This document shows, piece after piece, positions 27,318 through 36,960 of a stretch of 57,264 bases of DNA. The stretch is from a virus (taxonomy: Duplodnaviria > Caudoviricetes). Location of the stretch: IMG/VR virus record IMGVR_UViG_3300037248_000259, positions 1 through 57,264 of that record; one strand, written 5' to 3'. Position numbers and translations under genes: made by a program. Under the pieces are notes generated by a model. The model was given only the letters and a program-made list of their open reading frames with translations. It did no database searches and was not told the origin of the DNA. Position 1 is the first letter of the stretch, and every line of letters starts with the position of its first letter.

Positions 27318-27529
27318 CGTTTATTCCTTCGCGAACGGCGGCCCGGATGACGCCACTTGGCCATTGTTTGGGCTCGGATCGCCATTCGACGCTTCTCAGG
27401 GTCGTCGGAGCGCGCCGCGGCGGCCAGTTTGGCGGCGGGAATTTTCTCGCCTTCCGGAATTCCCATGGTACGGTGAAGCTTGCCTTTCTGCCCGCCGGGA
27501 TGGAAATTTTTGGTGCGACGCTTCGCCAT
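27314..27529 (-). CDS. Small basic phage protein
   Basis: KGKLHRTMGIPEGEKIPAAKLAAAA. Confidence 0.65.
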   Translation of the reverse strand: MAKRRTKNFHPGGQKGKLHRTMGIPEGEKIPAAKLAAAARSDDPEKRRMAIRAQTMAKWRHPGRRSRRNKR

Positions 27530-27538
27530 TCGAACCTC

Positions 27539-27799
27539 CTACTTCCGTCTTTTCGCCTCCGGTTTTTTCGGGTCTGCCATCTGCTTTTTGAGATCGGCGA
27601 CCTGCTTAGTCAAGTCGGCGATCTGGCTTTGATCGAACTGAACCTGGGCTTGCAGATTGGAATTCGAGATGACGAGGTTTCCCATCATCTCCTGGATTCG
27701 CTGCGATTGCGTCGCTTGGAGCGAGGCCGGCGACTGCGCGCGCGCAAGCGATGGCTGCAAAAGAATCGTCAGGCACACGATAATTAAAGCTCGGTACAT
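27539..27799 (-). CDS. Small secreted coiled-coil protein
   Basis: Signal peptide ending ARA-Q. Confidence 0.6.
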   Translation of the reverse strand: MYRALIIVCLTILLQPSLARAQSPASLQATQSQRIQEMMGNLVISNSNLQAQVQFDQSQIADLTKQVADLKKQMADPKKPEAKRRK

Positions 27800-27811
27800 T
27801 TAGCGCTCTCC

Positions 27812-29455
27812 CTATAAACCTGTGTTCGTAATAAGCATGATCTCACCGGTACAGCCAGTGCCAGCCGTGCTTGCGACTCCGGCTCCGCCACCGCCCCCAC
27901 CGCCGCCGGGCCAGCCGCAAGCCCCACCCGTTGCGTCAGCCGCAGTCGTGTTGTGGCCACCGCCCCCGCCGCCTGAGCCGCCGAGGGCTCCATTGGAAGT
28001 TCCCGCGCCGCCTGGGCCAGTGACGCCAGTGCCGTTGTTAGTCCCGCCCGTTCCGCCGGCGACATTGCCGTTATCGGCCGTGCCTCCAGCCCCGCCGTTG
28101 CCGGTGCCTGAATTGTTGCCCGCGACGCCGGTCCCGCCGGCCCCTGACGGCCCTGCTGCGCCGGCGCCGCCGCCAGCGCCCGCGGTCGAGGCCGAGACGC
28201 CCGCGCCGCCAGTCGCGCCTGCGTAGGCGTGGGTTGTGCCGGTGCCCGCTGCGCCGCCTGCGCCGCCGGTGACCGTCGATCCGTTCGAGCCATGGTTGGC
28301 GACGACGACGGTCGCGGAGATCGTCGAGTTGGTTGCGGCTGCGCCCACGGCGACAGTGAGCGTGCCTCCGGCGGTGACGGTGAGGGTGTCATCTTCGGAA
28401 TAGCCCGAGCTGCCGCCACCGGCTCCGCCGCGGGAAGTTGTGCCGGCTACGCCATTGCCGCCGCCGGCCCAGACCTTGGCGGTTGCCGTCGAGGTCCAGG
28501 AAGATGGGATGTCGAGGGTTGTGATCGAGCCGAGGGCGATAATTTCGTCGGCGTCGGTTCCGGTGTAGGTGATGAGGATTTCGCCATAGCCACCTTTGCC
28601 TCCAGTGACAGTCGATCCGCCTCCACCACCGCCGGGAGTCCCGCCAACTCCGCCCGTAGCGCCGGAGCCGGTAGTCATCGCGCCACCGCCCGCCCCGCCG
28701 CCGTTTATGTAATCGTCGCCGCCCGCTCCGCCGGTTCCTCCTGTCGCGCCATAGGCTCCGCCGCCGCCCGCACCCGCTGCGCCGGCTCCACCAGCCGGCG
28801 AGCCGCTTGTCCCGGCTGCGCCGCCGAGATTGCCGTTGGCTGCATTGCCGCCCGCGCTGGGCTCCGGAGTACCGCCCGCCGAGCCGCCGCCATTGCCGCC
28901 GCCGCCGGTACCGGCATTATTACCGATATTAGTTGAAGCGCCGCCGTTTGCCCCGACGCCACCGGGGCCGCCAGCGCCGCCACCGCCAGAGGTGCCGTTG
29001 CCTGAAACAGTACCGGCCGAGCCTCCAGCGTGATTGATATCGCCAACCCGAGATGTGGCCGAGCCGCCGCCGTTAGCGACGCAGGCGCTGGAATTCCAGT
29101 TGGTGTCGCCGCCAGTTGTGCCAGCAGCGCCAAGGGTGAAAGGAATCGGCGTGCCGGCGGTGAGGTTGACGTCAGCGTTAAGCTTAGCGAAGCCAGCTCC
29201 GGCGCCTCCGACACCGGATGTTTTACCGTTCGCCCCAGCGCCCCAGCATTCAACCGTGGCCCCGGTAACGGTAGACGGTGGGGTGAAGGCCCCGGTTCCG
29301 TTGCCGACGATGATGATGGTGACGGTGTGGGTCGAGGCGGTCGATTTAGGATATTGGGCGGTGTAGAAGCCTGGGCCTGAACCGATCCACTGCGCCTGCA
29401 CCGGCCAGATAGCCAGGAGCGTGGCGAGGAAGGAAAAGAGGGCTCGACGAATCAT
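27812..29455 (-). CDS. Glycine-rich fibre-like protein with signal peptide
   Basis: MIRRALFSFLATLLAIWPVQA-Q; two Gly-rich domains (VECWGAG, KVWAGGG). Confidence 0.75.
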   Translation of the reverse strand: MIRRALFSFLATLLAIWPVQAQWIGSGPGFYTAQYPKSTASTHTVTIIIVGNGTGAFTPPSTVTGATVECWGAGANGKTSGVGGAGAGFAKLNADVNLTAGTPIPFTLGAAGTTGGDTNWNSSACVANGGGSATSRVGDINHAGGSAGTVSGNGTSGGGGAGGPGGVGANGGASTNIGNNAGTGGGGNGGGSAGGTPEPSAGGNAANGNLGGAAGTSGSPAGGAGAAGAGGGGAYGATGGTGGAGGDDYINGGGAGGGAMTTGSGATGGVGGTPGGGGGGSTVTGGKGGYGEILITYTGTDADEIIALGSITTLDIPSSWTSTATAKVWAGGGNGVAGTTSRGGAGGGSSGYSEDDTLTVTAGGTLTVAVGAAATNSTISATVVVANHGSNGSTVTGGAGGAAGTGTTHAYAGATGGAGVSASTAGAGGGAGAAGPSGAGGTGVAGNNSGTGNGGAGGTADNGNVAGGTGGTNNGTGVTGPGGAGTSNGALGGSGGGGGGHNTTAADATGGACGWPGGGGGGGGAGVASTAGTGCTGEIMLITNTGL

Positions 29456-30048
29456 CCGCCCACCCAAGCCGTGCCGTTGTAGAAGACGGGGCAGACAGTC
29501 GAACCGCCGCCGGTCAAGGTGGCGAGGAAGGTGCAGGCGACTGCGTCAGTGACGTAGGCTAAGGCTCCTTCCGACGCGGCGGGGAGGGTTGAGACAGTGT
29601 AGCCGGGGAGTTGGATTGGAGCAGGGGCGCCACCGGCGCATTGGAGGGTCGCCGAGGTATCGGCGACGCAGGAGATCGTGGTCTTAGCGCCGGCGCCAGT
29701 ATTAAGGATAGGAGCGACGCCGGAGAGCCAGGCGTAGTCGCCGGAATAAGCAAGGGTATAATTATAAGTCCCGCCGATAGCCGGCTGGGAGACGATGAAG
29801 GTTACGGGCTCGCCGGCGACGAGGTTGGTTGGATTGCCGAGGGTCCGGTTGCCGCCGAGGGTGACGGTGAAGACGTTGCTTTGCGAGGCGTCGACGGTGA
29901 TCGTCGCGGCGTCGGCGAGGGCGTAAGCCGCGGAGGTTTGGCCCTTGGTGAAGGTTTGCGGAACGACGAGGACCGCGCCATTCAGGCTGGCGGCCAGGGC
30001 GAAGCCGGGCCAGAGGAAGCCGAGGACGAAGGCTAGAAGACGTTCCAT
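29452..30048 (-). CDS. Fibre-related protein with signal peptide
   Basis: ALA-A cleavage site; VTLGGNRTLGNPTN..IVSQ..GG; VFYNGTAW. Confidence 0.7.
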   Translation of the reverse strand: MERLLAFVLGFLWPGFALAASLNGAVLVVPQTFTKGQTSAAYALADAATITVDASQSNVFTVTLGGNRTLGNPTNLVAGEPVTFIVSQPAIGGTYNYTLAYSGDYAWLSGVAPILNTGAGAKTTISCVADTSATLQCAGGAPAPIQLPGYTVSTLPAASEGALAYVTDAVACTFLATLTGGGSTVCPVFYNGTAWVGG

Positions 30049-31160
30049 TGGGTCCCGTTATAGACGAGGTTGACCGATTCGTAGGGAACGTTCTCGACGA
30101 AGGTCGAAGACCCGTCGATGTTACCGGCTGCGGGGGTGACGGTGATGTTGTTCGTGTTGGCGTCACCCTTGCCGTCTTTGATGACAAAGACAGTGCCGGT
30201 TATCGGCGAGCCGGGAAGGTTGACCGTGGTGGCGGCGCCGGTCGTTTTATCGACGACGACGATGTAATCGGAGGTAGCTACGGTCACGGCGCCCGAAGCG
30301 GTGACGACGCGGATTTGGTCGACTTGGCCGGAGGTGTAGGTAAGAATCGCCGAAAAGGTCTGGGCGAGGTTGGTTTCGGCGATCGTTCCGGTGTTGGCCG
30401 GAAGGGACGCAGTGACCGTGCCGAGGGCGCCGGTCACCGGCGCAAGAGTGATCGATCCAGACGTCGCATTCGAAAAATTGACCGAGCCGACCGAAGTCCC
30501 GGCGACGCCGAGCGTGATCTGGCTGGTGCCATTATAAGTGAAGCCGGAATTGCCGGCGAAAGTCGAAGACGAATTGTACTGGACGTCGCTCGACGAGCCG
30601 CCCGGCGTGCCGGAGCTCGAAATCGTGTTGCACCCGAAAGCTGACGTGCCGCCGGAAGTGGTCCATGTCAGGGCGTTGCTCGCCCCGGAGCACGACGGCA
30701 TGGTGAGATATTCCGGCGCGGCGCCCGAGCCGGTGCCGTTACCGAGAACCGTATTGGCCGTTTCATTGGCGAGATCAGCGAGCGTAACGAGACCGGTCGC
30801 TGTGAATGACGACGTCACCGTGAGCCCACTGAGGGTCCCGACGGAAGTAAGAGACGAGGAGACGACGTTTGAAGCCAGCGTCGTCCCGGTCAAAGTCCCC
30901 GCCGGGGCCACGACTGCCGCAGTCGTGATGGTCGTGGAAAGTCCCTTGCCGTTGACGGTAATAATCGGAATGGCCGTCGAAGAACCAAAGGTTCCAGGGC
31001 TGGCGTTGACGGTCGCCAAAGTCGCCGCGGCTGCGCCGTAGGCCGAGGTCGTGACATCTCCGGTCAGAGACGTCAAACCAGTAAGATTGGAGGCGTCTCC
31101 AACTTGCGTCGCAAACAGGATGGCGACGGAAGTCGCCAAGGCCAAACGCAAAGCTTTCAT
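30033..31160 (-). CDS. Thr/Ser-rich fibre protein with signal peptide
   Basis: GTFGSSTAIPIITVNGKG; C-term domain shared with 31170..32606. Confidence 0.75.
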   Translation of the reverse strand: MKALRLALATSVAILFATQVGDASNLTGLTSLTGDVTTSAYGAAAATLATVNASPGTFGSSTAIPIITVNGKGLSTTITTAAVVAPAGTLTGTTLASNVVSSSLTSVGTLSGLTVTSSFTATGLVTLADLANETANTVLGNGTGSGAAPEYLTMPSCSGASNALTWTTSGGTSAFGCNTISSSGTPGGSSSDVQYNSSSTFAGNSGFTYNGTSQITLGVAGTSVGSVNFSNATSGSITLAPVTGALGTVTASLPANTGTIAETNLAQTFSAILTYTSGQVDQIRVVTASGAVTVATSDYIVVVDKTTGAATTVNLPGSPITGTVFVIKDGKGDANTNNITVTPAAGNIDGSSTFVENVPYESVNLVYNGTQWNVF

Positions 31161-31169
31161 GACGGTCTC

Positions 31170-32606
31170 CTAGAGCACATCCCACTGCGTTCCGTCGTAT
31201 TGAAGCATAACAGCTTCGTAAGCTGTCGTCATGACGAAGGTCGTCAGGCCGTCGATATTTCCGGCCGCCGGCACGACGGTGATATTGTTGGTCGCCGCAT
31301 CGCCTTTTCCGTCCTTGATGGTGACGATCATGCCGGTCGGCGGTGAAGCCAGAAGATCGACCGAAGTCGCCGCCCCGACTGTTTTTCGAATGATTACGGT
31401 GCCATCGGACGACGTTACGTTGACCGTTCCCGAAGCCGTGACGACGCGGATAGGCGCGTTTGCTCCGCAGGCCGCGCCTGACCCGATAACTACGCCGGAA
31501 GTGTTTGCTTCTAAACATTGCGTCGATCCAGTCACGCCACCAAGAACTAATTCATTGGCGTTGAATGTTTGCGCAGCGGACCATGTTTGCGCTAAATTTA
31601 ATTCCGCTAGCGTCCCTGTGTTCGCTGGTAAAGTAGCGGTCACCGAGCCCAGCGCGCCCGTCACAGGCGAAACCGTTATCGAGCCAGACGTCGCATTAGC
31701 AAAAACAATCGATCCTACTGATGTTCCAGAAACGCCAACATCCACAGTTTTTAACGCCAGCGTTCCAGATTTGTCGCTCGCGCTTCCATTCCCGAGAGCG
31801 ATCACGCCGGCGGAAACACGAGAGATTCCAGTGTCGCCATTTGGTCCGCTGTAAGAATTGACCGAGAAACCAAAAACCGATCCGGAACCTATTGTAAAAT
31901 TTCCATTATTACCGTTCGCTACAAAACCAAGATTGCTGGTGTCATCATAGACCCCAAACATGTTCGCGCCGTATGTATTGACCGGTCCAGTGGAAAAAAA
32001 CGCCCAATTATGCCCCGCAGAATTAAAAAGATTAAAAACAACAACATTCGACTGGTTTCCAGTCAAGGTGAGACTTGACCCAGACGAATAAGTAAGCCCG
32101 CTGTCTCCGCCGAATGAACCCGACGAATTATATTGAACGTCCGTAGAGCTGCCGCCCGGCGTGCCGCCTCCGGTCGAAGATATAGTAACTCCACCAGATG
32201 AATTAGTGATCGAGATATTCGACCCGGCCGTCAGCGTCGAAAGCGAAAAGCCGGACCCGTTGCCGATCAGCAATTGGCCGTTCGCCGCGGCTGACGCATT
32301 GACGCCGGTCCCGCCCTGCGCCGCGCTGGCCGTGCCGCTGATCTGCGAGAAACTGTAATCGTTCGTGACTGGAACGACGATGCCTGAGCGCCCATTGAAC
32401 GACGTGACGCCGGCGCCGATCCCGCTCAACATCTGGCTTAAAGTGATCTTCGTGGTCACCCCGTTCTGATACATAAAAAACAATTCGTTGCCGGTCAGCG
32501 GCGGAACGAACGGGGGGCAAGTCGGAACCGTTCCGCAAGCTTGTCCGTAAGCCGCGGTGGAAAGCAGCAAAAACAAGAAGCATAGGGCGCTTCTTAATCC
32601 GACCAC
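31170..32606 (-). CDS. Fibre protein with signal peptide and QACG..CP module
   Basis: AAYG-QACGTVPTCP; GVTSFNGRSG; C-term IKDGKGDA..NNIT..IDG domain. Confidence 0.75.
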   Translation of the reverse strand: MVGLRSALCFLFLLLSTAAYGQACGTVPTCPPFVPPLTGNELFFMYQNGVTTKITLSQMLSGIGAGVTSFNGRSGIVVPVTNDYSFSQISGTASAAQGGTGVNASAAANGQLLIGNGSGFSLSTLTAGSNISITNSSGGVTISSTGGGTPGGSSTDVQYNSSGSFGGDSGLTYSSGSSLTLTGNQSNVVVFNLFNSAGHNWAFFSTGPVNTYGANMFGVYDDTSNLGFVANGNNGNFTIGSGSVFGFSVNSYSGPNGDTGISRVSAGVIALGNGSASDKSGTLALKTVDVGVSGTSVGSIVFANATSGSITVSPVTGALGSVTATLPANTGTLAELNLAQTWSAAQTFNANELVLGGVTGSTQCLEANTSGVVIGSGAACGANAPIRVVTASGTVNVTSSDGTVIIRKTVGAATSVDLLASPPTGMIVTIKDGKGDAATNNITVVPAAGNIDGLTTFVMTTAYEAVMLQYDGTQWDVL

Positions 32607-33280
32607 ATGTAGCCTCCTGCTTGAGAGCGCAGGGGACAGTTATCGGGATTGCTTAGCATAAGTTCATGATAAGTCTTTGGAATCGACGCAAAAATAGGGT
32701 TCGGATTTTGCGCGGCCTGGATTTGCTGAACGACCGAATAGGGAACCGGCATGTAGGCTGTCGACCTCGCGTAGAGCGGCGCCAGGTAAAGCACCATATC
32801 AGCTTGGTCGTAAAAATTGGGAACGGAATAATCGTAGCGAACCTGCGGCCAGAGATAGATCGCTGGACAAGGCTGAAAAACCGGCTGCTGACCCTGCGGC
32901 GTCGTCCAGATGTATTGTCCGCTTTCAAATCGAAGCGGGCAGTTGTTCACTTCGTTGAGCGCCAGGGCATGGAACGACGGGACGACGCTTTGATTGTAAA
33001 TCGGCAAAGCGTTCGAACCGAGCGTCGAGGCTTGCGTGAACAATTTCATTACGTTGAGCGGAACGCCAGAAAACACCGATGCCCTGTTGTTTGTGAAAGA
33101 AACATATAGCAGTTGATTATTCTGGTCATAAAGAACGTGAACGATCGGCCCGACGTTGAATTGCGCAGACATCGAGATCGTCGAATACGGGCAAGCGCGA
33201 AACGGCGGTTGCGCCGCGGACGCTTGCTGCGACAGGGCCGGCGTGGCGAGAAGAAGGAGGGAGAGAGTGAGAAGTTTCAT
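32594..33280 (-). CDS. Secreted tandem KTSC-like domain protein (paralog 1)
   Basis: Signal peptide; IVHVLYDQNNQLLYVSF..FSGVP; second copy YDQADMVLYL..YMPVPYSVVQQI; each flanked by CP...NCP. Confidence 0.65.
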   Translation of the reverse strand: MKLLTLSLLLLATPALSQQASAAQPPFRACPYSTISMSAQFNVGPIVHVLYDQNNQLLYVSFTNNRASVFSGVPLNVMKLFTQASTLGSNALPIYNQSVVPSFHALALNEVNNCPLRFESGQYIWTTPQGQQPVFQPCPAIYLWPQVRYDYSVPNFYDQADMVLYLAPLYARSTAYMPVPYSVVQQIQAAQNPNPIFASIPKTYHELMLSNPDNCPLRSQAGGYMWSD

Positions 33281-33290
33281 GGGTTCTCAT

Positions 33291-34982
33291 TTATTCAGTC
33301 AGATAAGAGCCGTTAACTATGTAGTACGTCGCGTTCGATCCAGGATAAGTTCCATCATATTTGCAAGTCGTAGCGGTGGTCGAATATTGCGCGATCTGTA
33401 CGCTCATGGCGTAGTGGTAGCCGAAAACAAGGCCCGCTGCGGTGTCACTTTCAGAAGGCGTTGTCGGGAGCGTGAATGTGAAACATCCGGTACCGCCGCT
33501 GTCCGTTACATCTTCGAAATCAAGATGGAACCTAACTTCATTATTGATGACATTGTAGAAGCTGGAAATCAGAGAAAAGGTCGGTTGCGTTCCGCCAGAT
33601 GAGGCAAGCGTTGGTGTCCACGCTGTCCAATTCGGATATGTGCCAGGTCCTCCAACTTGCGATTGAATGTTCGTCAAGTCAGAACGATAAACCCAAATCG
33701 AACCAGTTCCCGCTGTCGGCGTCGGAGTTCCGTTGCCGACGTCAAGCGTGTCAATTAGGGTCGACCCGCCAGCCGTCACACCGCTATCGCTCGTCCCTTG
33801 GGAGTATATCGACTGCGTGGTGGAAAGATTGCCGAAATGATTACTGCTGTTTCCGCCGACCGTAAAGGTTGACGTAGGTCCGTCCATCTGGATTGCGCGT
33901 CCAGATGAGCAGGAAGACCCGCCTTTTCCGACTCTTACCTGAGGTAAATAGTTGTTATCAGCACTCTGAAACTCGACTCCTATCCCATTGCAGTTCTGAA
34001 TATCGAGCTTGACATCTGTGTTGAACGAGAAGTTAGCGTTAGACGATCCGGTGAACAGCACGCCGCCAATGCTCTGCGGAGTTCCTGTACCTAGCTGTCT
34101 GATCTTCAGATTGATATGTTCGCGCTGATCGTCGCACGCTTCTCCGCATGCGGTTCCACTTACTCCAGACGTGAACTCCGCGGCAGCGACCGAAACGCTA
34201 TCCTCCAAAAATAGATCATACGTTCCGTCAGTAATTGAATTCACATAAAGCAGCGGACCGGCGACGCCGTTACCAATCGCCATCATATTGACGAAACCGC
34301 CACCGTTGAACGTCGAAGTTGTGGAAGACGGCGGCGTGTAATGCTCTAGAACGGGGCCGCTCATCGTCGGGACAATTTCCGTAGCTACCCCGCCGTTCGT
34401 CCCGGCGTTGTGGAATGTTGGCGAAGACGGCCAGCAGCCTGAGACGAGGACGCCTGGAACGTTGTTCAGGAGCGCCGAGCCGACAAAGACCGGACCGCAA
34501 GGGAGATAAATCGTTCCGCCGCCCAGCGCGTATATATCTTGGATTGCGTTGTTGATCTTCGTGGCGTTGGCGGATGCGGCTCCAGAGCTGTTCGCGATCA
34601 CGCCGTATTCCGGCCCGGCATAGATGGCCTGGGCGTTCAGTACATTGGCGTATGGCGAACTGATCGCGTTAGTCCCGGCGAACGTGTAAGGAGCAACCCC
34701 CAGCACTCCCCCCGACAATTGCAGGGTGGAGTTGATGTCGGCTGGATTGAACGGCGTATATCCGAGCGCGCTGATAATTTGCGCTGACGTCACCGACGAC
34801 AGTTGCAATGCAGAAAAATTTACCTGTTTCGTGTTACCGCCCTGCACAACCATAAAAAGATCGGTCGCCCCGAGCGGCGTCGTCGCCGTCGGGCACGTCT
34901 GCAACGCGCCGCACGCCTGGCCAAACGCTGTTGCGGGCAACAACATGAAGACGATAAATAGCAAACGTCTCAATGCGTCCAT
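33291..34982 (-). CDS. Beta-helix spike-like protein with signal peptide and QACG..CP module
   Basis: ATAFG-QACGALQTCP; NATKINNAIQD..GGGTIYLPCG; C-term WTAWTPTL fibre-tip-like domain. Confidence 0.72.
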   Translation of the reverse strand: MDALRRLLFIVFMLLPATAFGQACGALQTCPTATTPLGATDLFMVVQGGNTKQVNFSALQLSSVTSAQIISALGYTPFNPADINSTLQLSGGVLGVAPYTFAGTNAISSPYANVLNAQAIYAGPEYGVIANSSGAASANATKINNAIQDIYALGGGTIYLPCGPVFVGSALLNNVPGVLVSGCWPSSPTFHNAGTNGGVATEIVPTMSGPVLEHYTPPSSTTSTFNGGGFVNMMAIGNGVAGPLLYVNSITDGTYDLFLEDSVSVAAAEFTSGVSGTACGEACDDQREHINLKIRQLGTGTPQSIGGVLFTGSSNANFSFNTDVKLDIQNCNGIGVEFQSADNNYLPQVRVGKGGSSCSSGRAIQMDGPTSTFTVGGNSSNHFGNLSTTQSIYSQGTSDSGVTAGGSTLIDTLDVGNGTPTPTAGTGSIWVYRSDLTNIQSQVGGPGTYPNWTAWTPTLASSGGTQPTFSLISSFYNVINNEVRFHLDFEDVTDSGGTGCFTFTLPTTPSESDTAAGLVFGYHYAMSVQIAQYSTTATTCKYDGTYPGSNATYYIVNGSYLTE

Positions 34983-35644
34983 AGATAATACCCCGCCGAC
35001 GTTTTGATCGGACAATTGTCCGGAGTGCTCAAAAGAATTGTATGATAAGTTCCAGCTAGGGAATCAAATACCTGCTGCGGGTTCTGCAACTGCTGGAGCT
35101 GCTGCACGACAGAAAACGGGACGCTTAGATAAGCTTTCGAAATCGCGTAGCCGTAATCCAGGTAGAGGATACCCGGACCGTTCTGATAATAAAGCGGCGG
35201 CGAAAAGCCCGGCCGAACTTGCGGACCGAACGCCAAAGCCGGACACGGAACGGCGCCCGGCCGAACCTTCCCCTGATTGCCAGTCCAGATATAGGTTCCG
35301 TTTTCATATTCGAGCGGGCAGTTGTCGACTTCGGCTAGCGCCAGCGAAGGATAAGATGGAAGAACCGTCCCTTGGTAAATCGCTTGCGCCTGCGCCTCGG
35401 TCGCGGCAGTGCTGAAAGCCTGCTGAACGCCGATCGGAACATTCGAAAACGCCGAAGCCGCCGTCCCGAACACGACGTACATGATCTGGTGACTAGAATC
35501 GTACTGGACGCTGGTCAGCGGGCCCGGATATTGGACACTCCAGCCGATCGTCAGGTAAGGACAGGCGCGAAATGGCGGCTGGGCGGCGCGCGCGGGAAAA
35601 CTTGCGCCAAGGAGAAGTACGACGGCCGCCAGCAGCCGCCGCAT
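34970..35644 (-). CDS. Secreted tandem KTSC-like domain protein (paralog 2)
   Basis: ARA-AQPPFRACP; LTSVQYDSSHQIMYVVF..FSNVP; clear paralog of 32594..33280. Confidence 0.65.
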   Translation of the reverse strand: MRRLLAAVVLLLGASFPARAAQPPFRACPYLTIGWSVQYPGPLTSVQYDSSHQIMYVVFGTAASAFSNVPIGVQQAFSTAATEAQAQAIYQGTVLPSYPSLALAEVDNCPLEYENGTYIWTGNQGKVRPGAVPCPALAFGPQVRPGFSPPLYYQNGPGILYLDYGYAISKAYLSVPFSVVQQLQQLQNPQQVFDSLAGTYHTILLSTPDNCPIKTSAGYYLWTH

Positions 35645-35645
35645 G

Positions 35646-36296
35646 TCAGTCAGACCAGCGAACGGTGAACTTCGAAGTCGTCGTGGCGCAGAACACGGCG
35701 ATCGCCGCCGTCGGGCAGAAGGTGGCGTCAAACCTGAGCGACGCGCCGGCCGCCAGGGAAAACCCCGCGCCGCTTCCGACGGAAGGATCGGCGACGCCGT
35801 TCGGGTCGAGATCGCTGCTCTCGAGAAAAACCATCGGCGGACACAAGTAGCCCGCCCCGCCGTCAATGATCGTCACCGAGCTCACTTTCAGGCCGGTGCT
35901 CGCCGCCGTCATGACCGCCAGCCCTTGCGCCGGCCGCCCGCCGCCCGAGCCGGCCTGAGGCGACGGCGCGTTGGGCTGGCCGAGGCCGACGTAGCTGGAA
36001 TTGCCGCCGAACGGCTGGCCGCCGCCCAAAAACCGCACCAACGGCGGGTTGGTGTAGTTGAAACCGGCGTTGTCGATCGTCACCGAGCTGACGACGCCGC
36101 TGGTCAGCGCGCAATGCGCGCGGGCGCCGCCGATCTCGAAAAACATCACGGCGGTGGAAATGTTCTGGATGATCAGGAAGGAGCGTGAAAGCGAGCGGCC
36201 AAGCACCAGCTGCGGATTGGTCGCGGAGGCGATCGCCCCGTCCGCGGCGTAAAGGAAATGTTTGGCCTGCTGCTGGTTCGAGTTTCCGAGTTTCAT
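35646..36296 (-). CDS. Virion structural protein
   Basis: V.SVTI..GAGY repeats as in 44799..47369 and 48567..49643. Confidence 0.65.
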   Translation of the reverse strand: MKLGNSNQQQAKHFLYAADGAIASATNPQLVLGRSLSRSFLIIQNISTAVMFFEIGGARAHCALTSGVVSSVTIDNAGFNYTNPPLVRFLGGGQPFGGNSSYVGLGQPNAPSPQAGSGGGRPAQGLAVMTAASTGLKVSSVTIIDGGAGYLCPPMVFLESSDLDPNGVADPSVGSGAGFSLAAGASLRFDATFCPTAAIAVFCATTTSKFTVRWSD

Positions 36297-36402
36297 CCCA
36301 AAATTGCTTTCATATGTTGAGAACAATTCTCAGCAGCAACCAGTATGTCCTTGATTCGTAAACGATTTACGAAACTTCCACGGAAAGCAAAATTCTGTTC
36401 GC

Positions 36403-36594
36403 TCATTTGCGGCGCGACTTCCGGCTGGTTTTCTGGACGGAGGCATTCACCGCGGCGTTGCCGGCGCGCACGGCGCGCCCCTCGTCGCCGGTCGATTTCA
36501 AGACGCTGTTTGCGGCATGCGCGAAAGCTCGCTTCTCTTTCGGAGTGCGAGCCTTTTTCGTATGACGGGTAGCGTCGCTTGCGCTCCAAGGCAT
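36403..36594 (-). CDS. Small basic ChaB-like protein
   Basis: MPW...KRAFAHAANSVL...DEGRAVRAGNAAV. Confidence 0.55.
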   Translation of the reverse strand: MPWSASDATRHTKKARTPKEKRAFAHAANSVLKSTGDEGRAVRAGNAAVNASVQKTSRKSRRK

Positions 36595-36960
36595 TCAACC
36601 GCTCCGCCGCTTAACCTCGAGGACGACAATCGGAATCACCACCAGCACGCAATAGGAGACCAGCACCCACGGAAGTTGAGCCGCCAGCATAGTCATCACG
36701 GCGAGCACGAAGGCCCCAACGATCGCCAGCAGCAGCAGCATGCGCGCCGAAAGCGCATAGCCGGCGGCTCGAAACACGGCGATCGCGCTGACGAGCTCTT
36801 TTTCAGGTGCAGGCGGCGGGGCTGGGGGCGGCGTGACGAGAATCGGCCGCTCAGGCGTCGGCTTCCTCGGGAGCGGAGGAAGCTCCTCGACGCTTAGCCG
36901 CGTTACCATTGACTCGGTTTGCGATGCCACGGAACGTCGACTCCTTCGGCGGAGCCACAA
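36595..36960 (-). CDS. Membrane protein (2 TM)
   Basis: Pro-rich N-term and two TM helices; start uncertain. Confidence 0.55.
   Translation of the reverse strand: MWLRRRSRRSVASQTESMVTRLSVEELPPLPRKPTPERPILVTPPPAPPPAPEKELVSAIAVFRAAGYALSARMLLLLAIVGAFVLAVMTMLAAQLPWVLVSYCVLVVIPIVVLEVKRRSG

Noticed and set aside
27822-31854. Long + strand Pro/Val-rich ORFs
   Set aside because: Antisense shadows of Gly/Thr-rich minus-strand genes in GC-rich DNA
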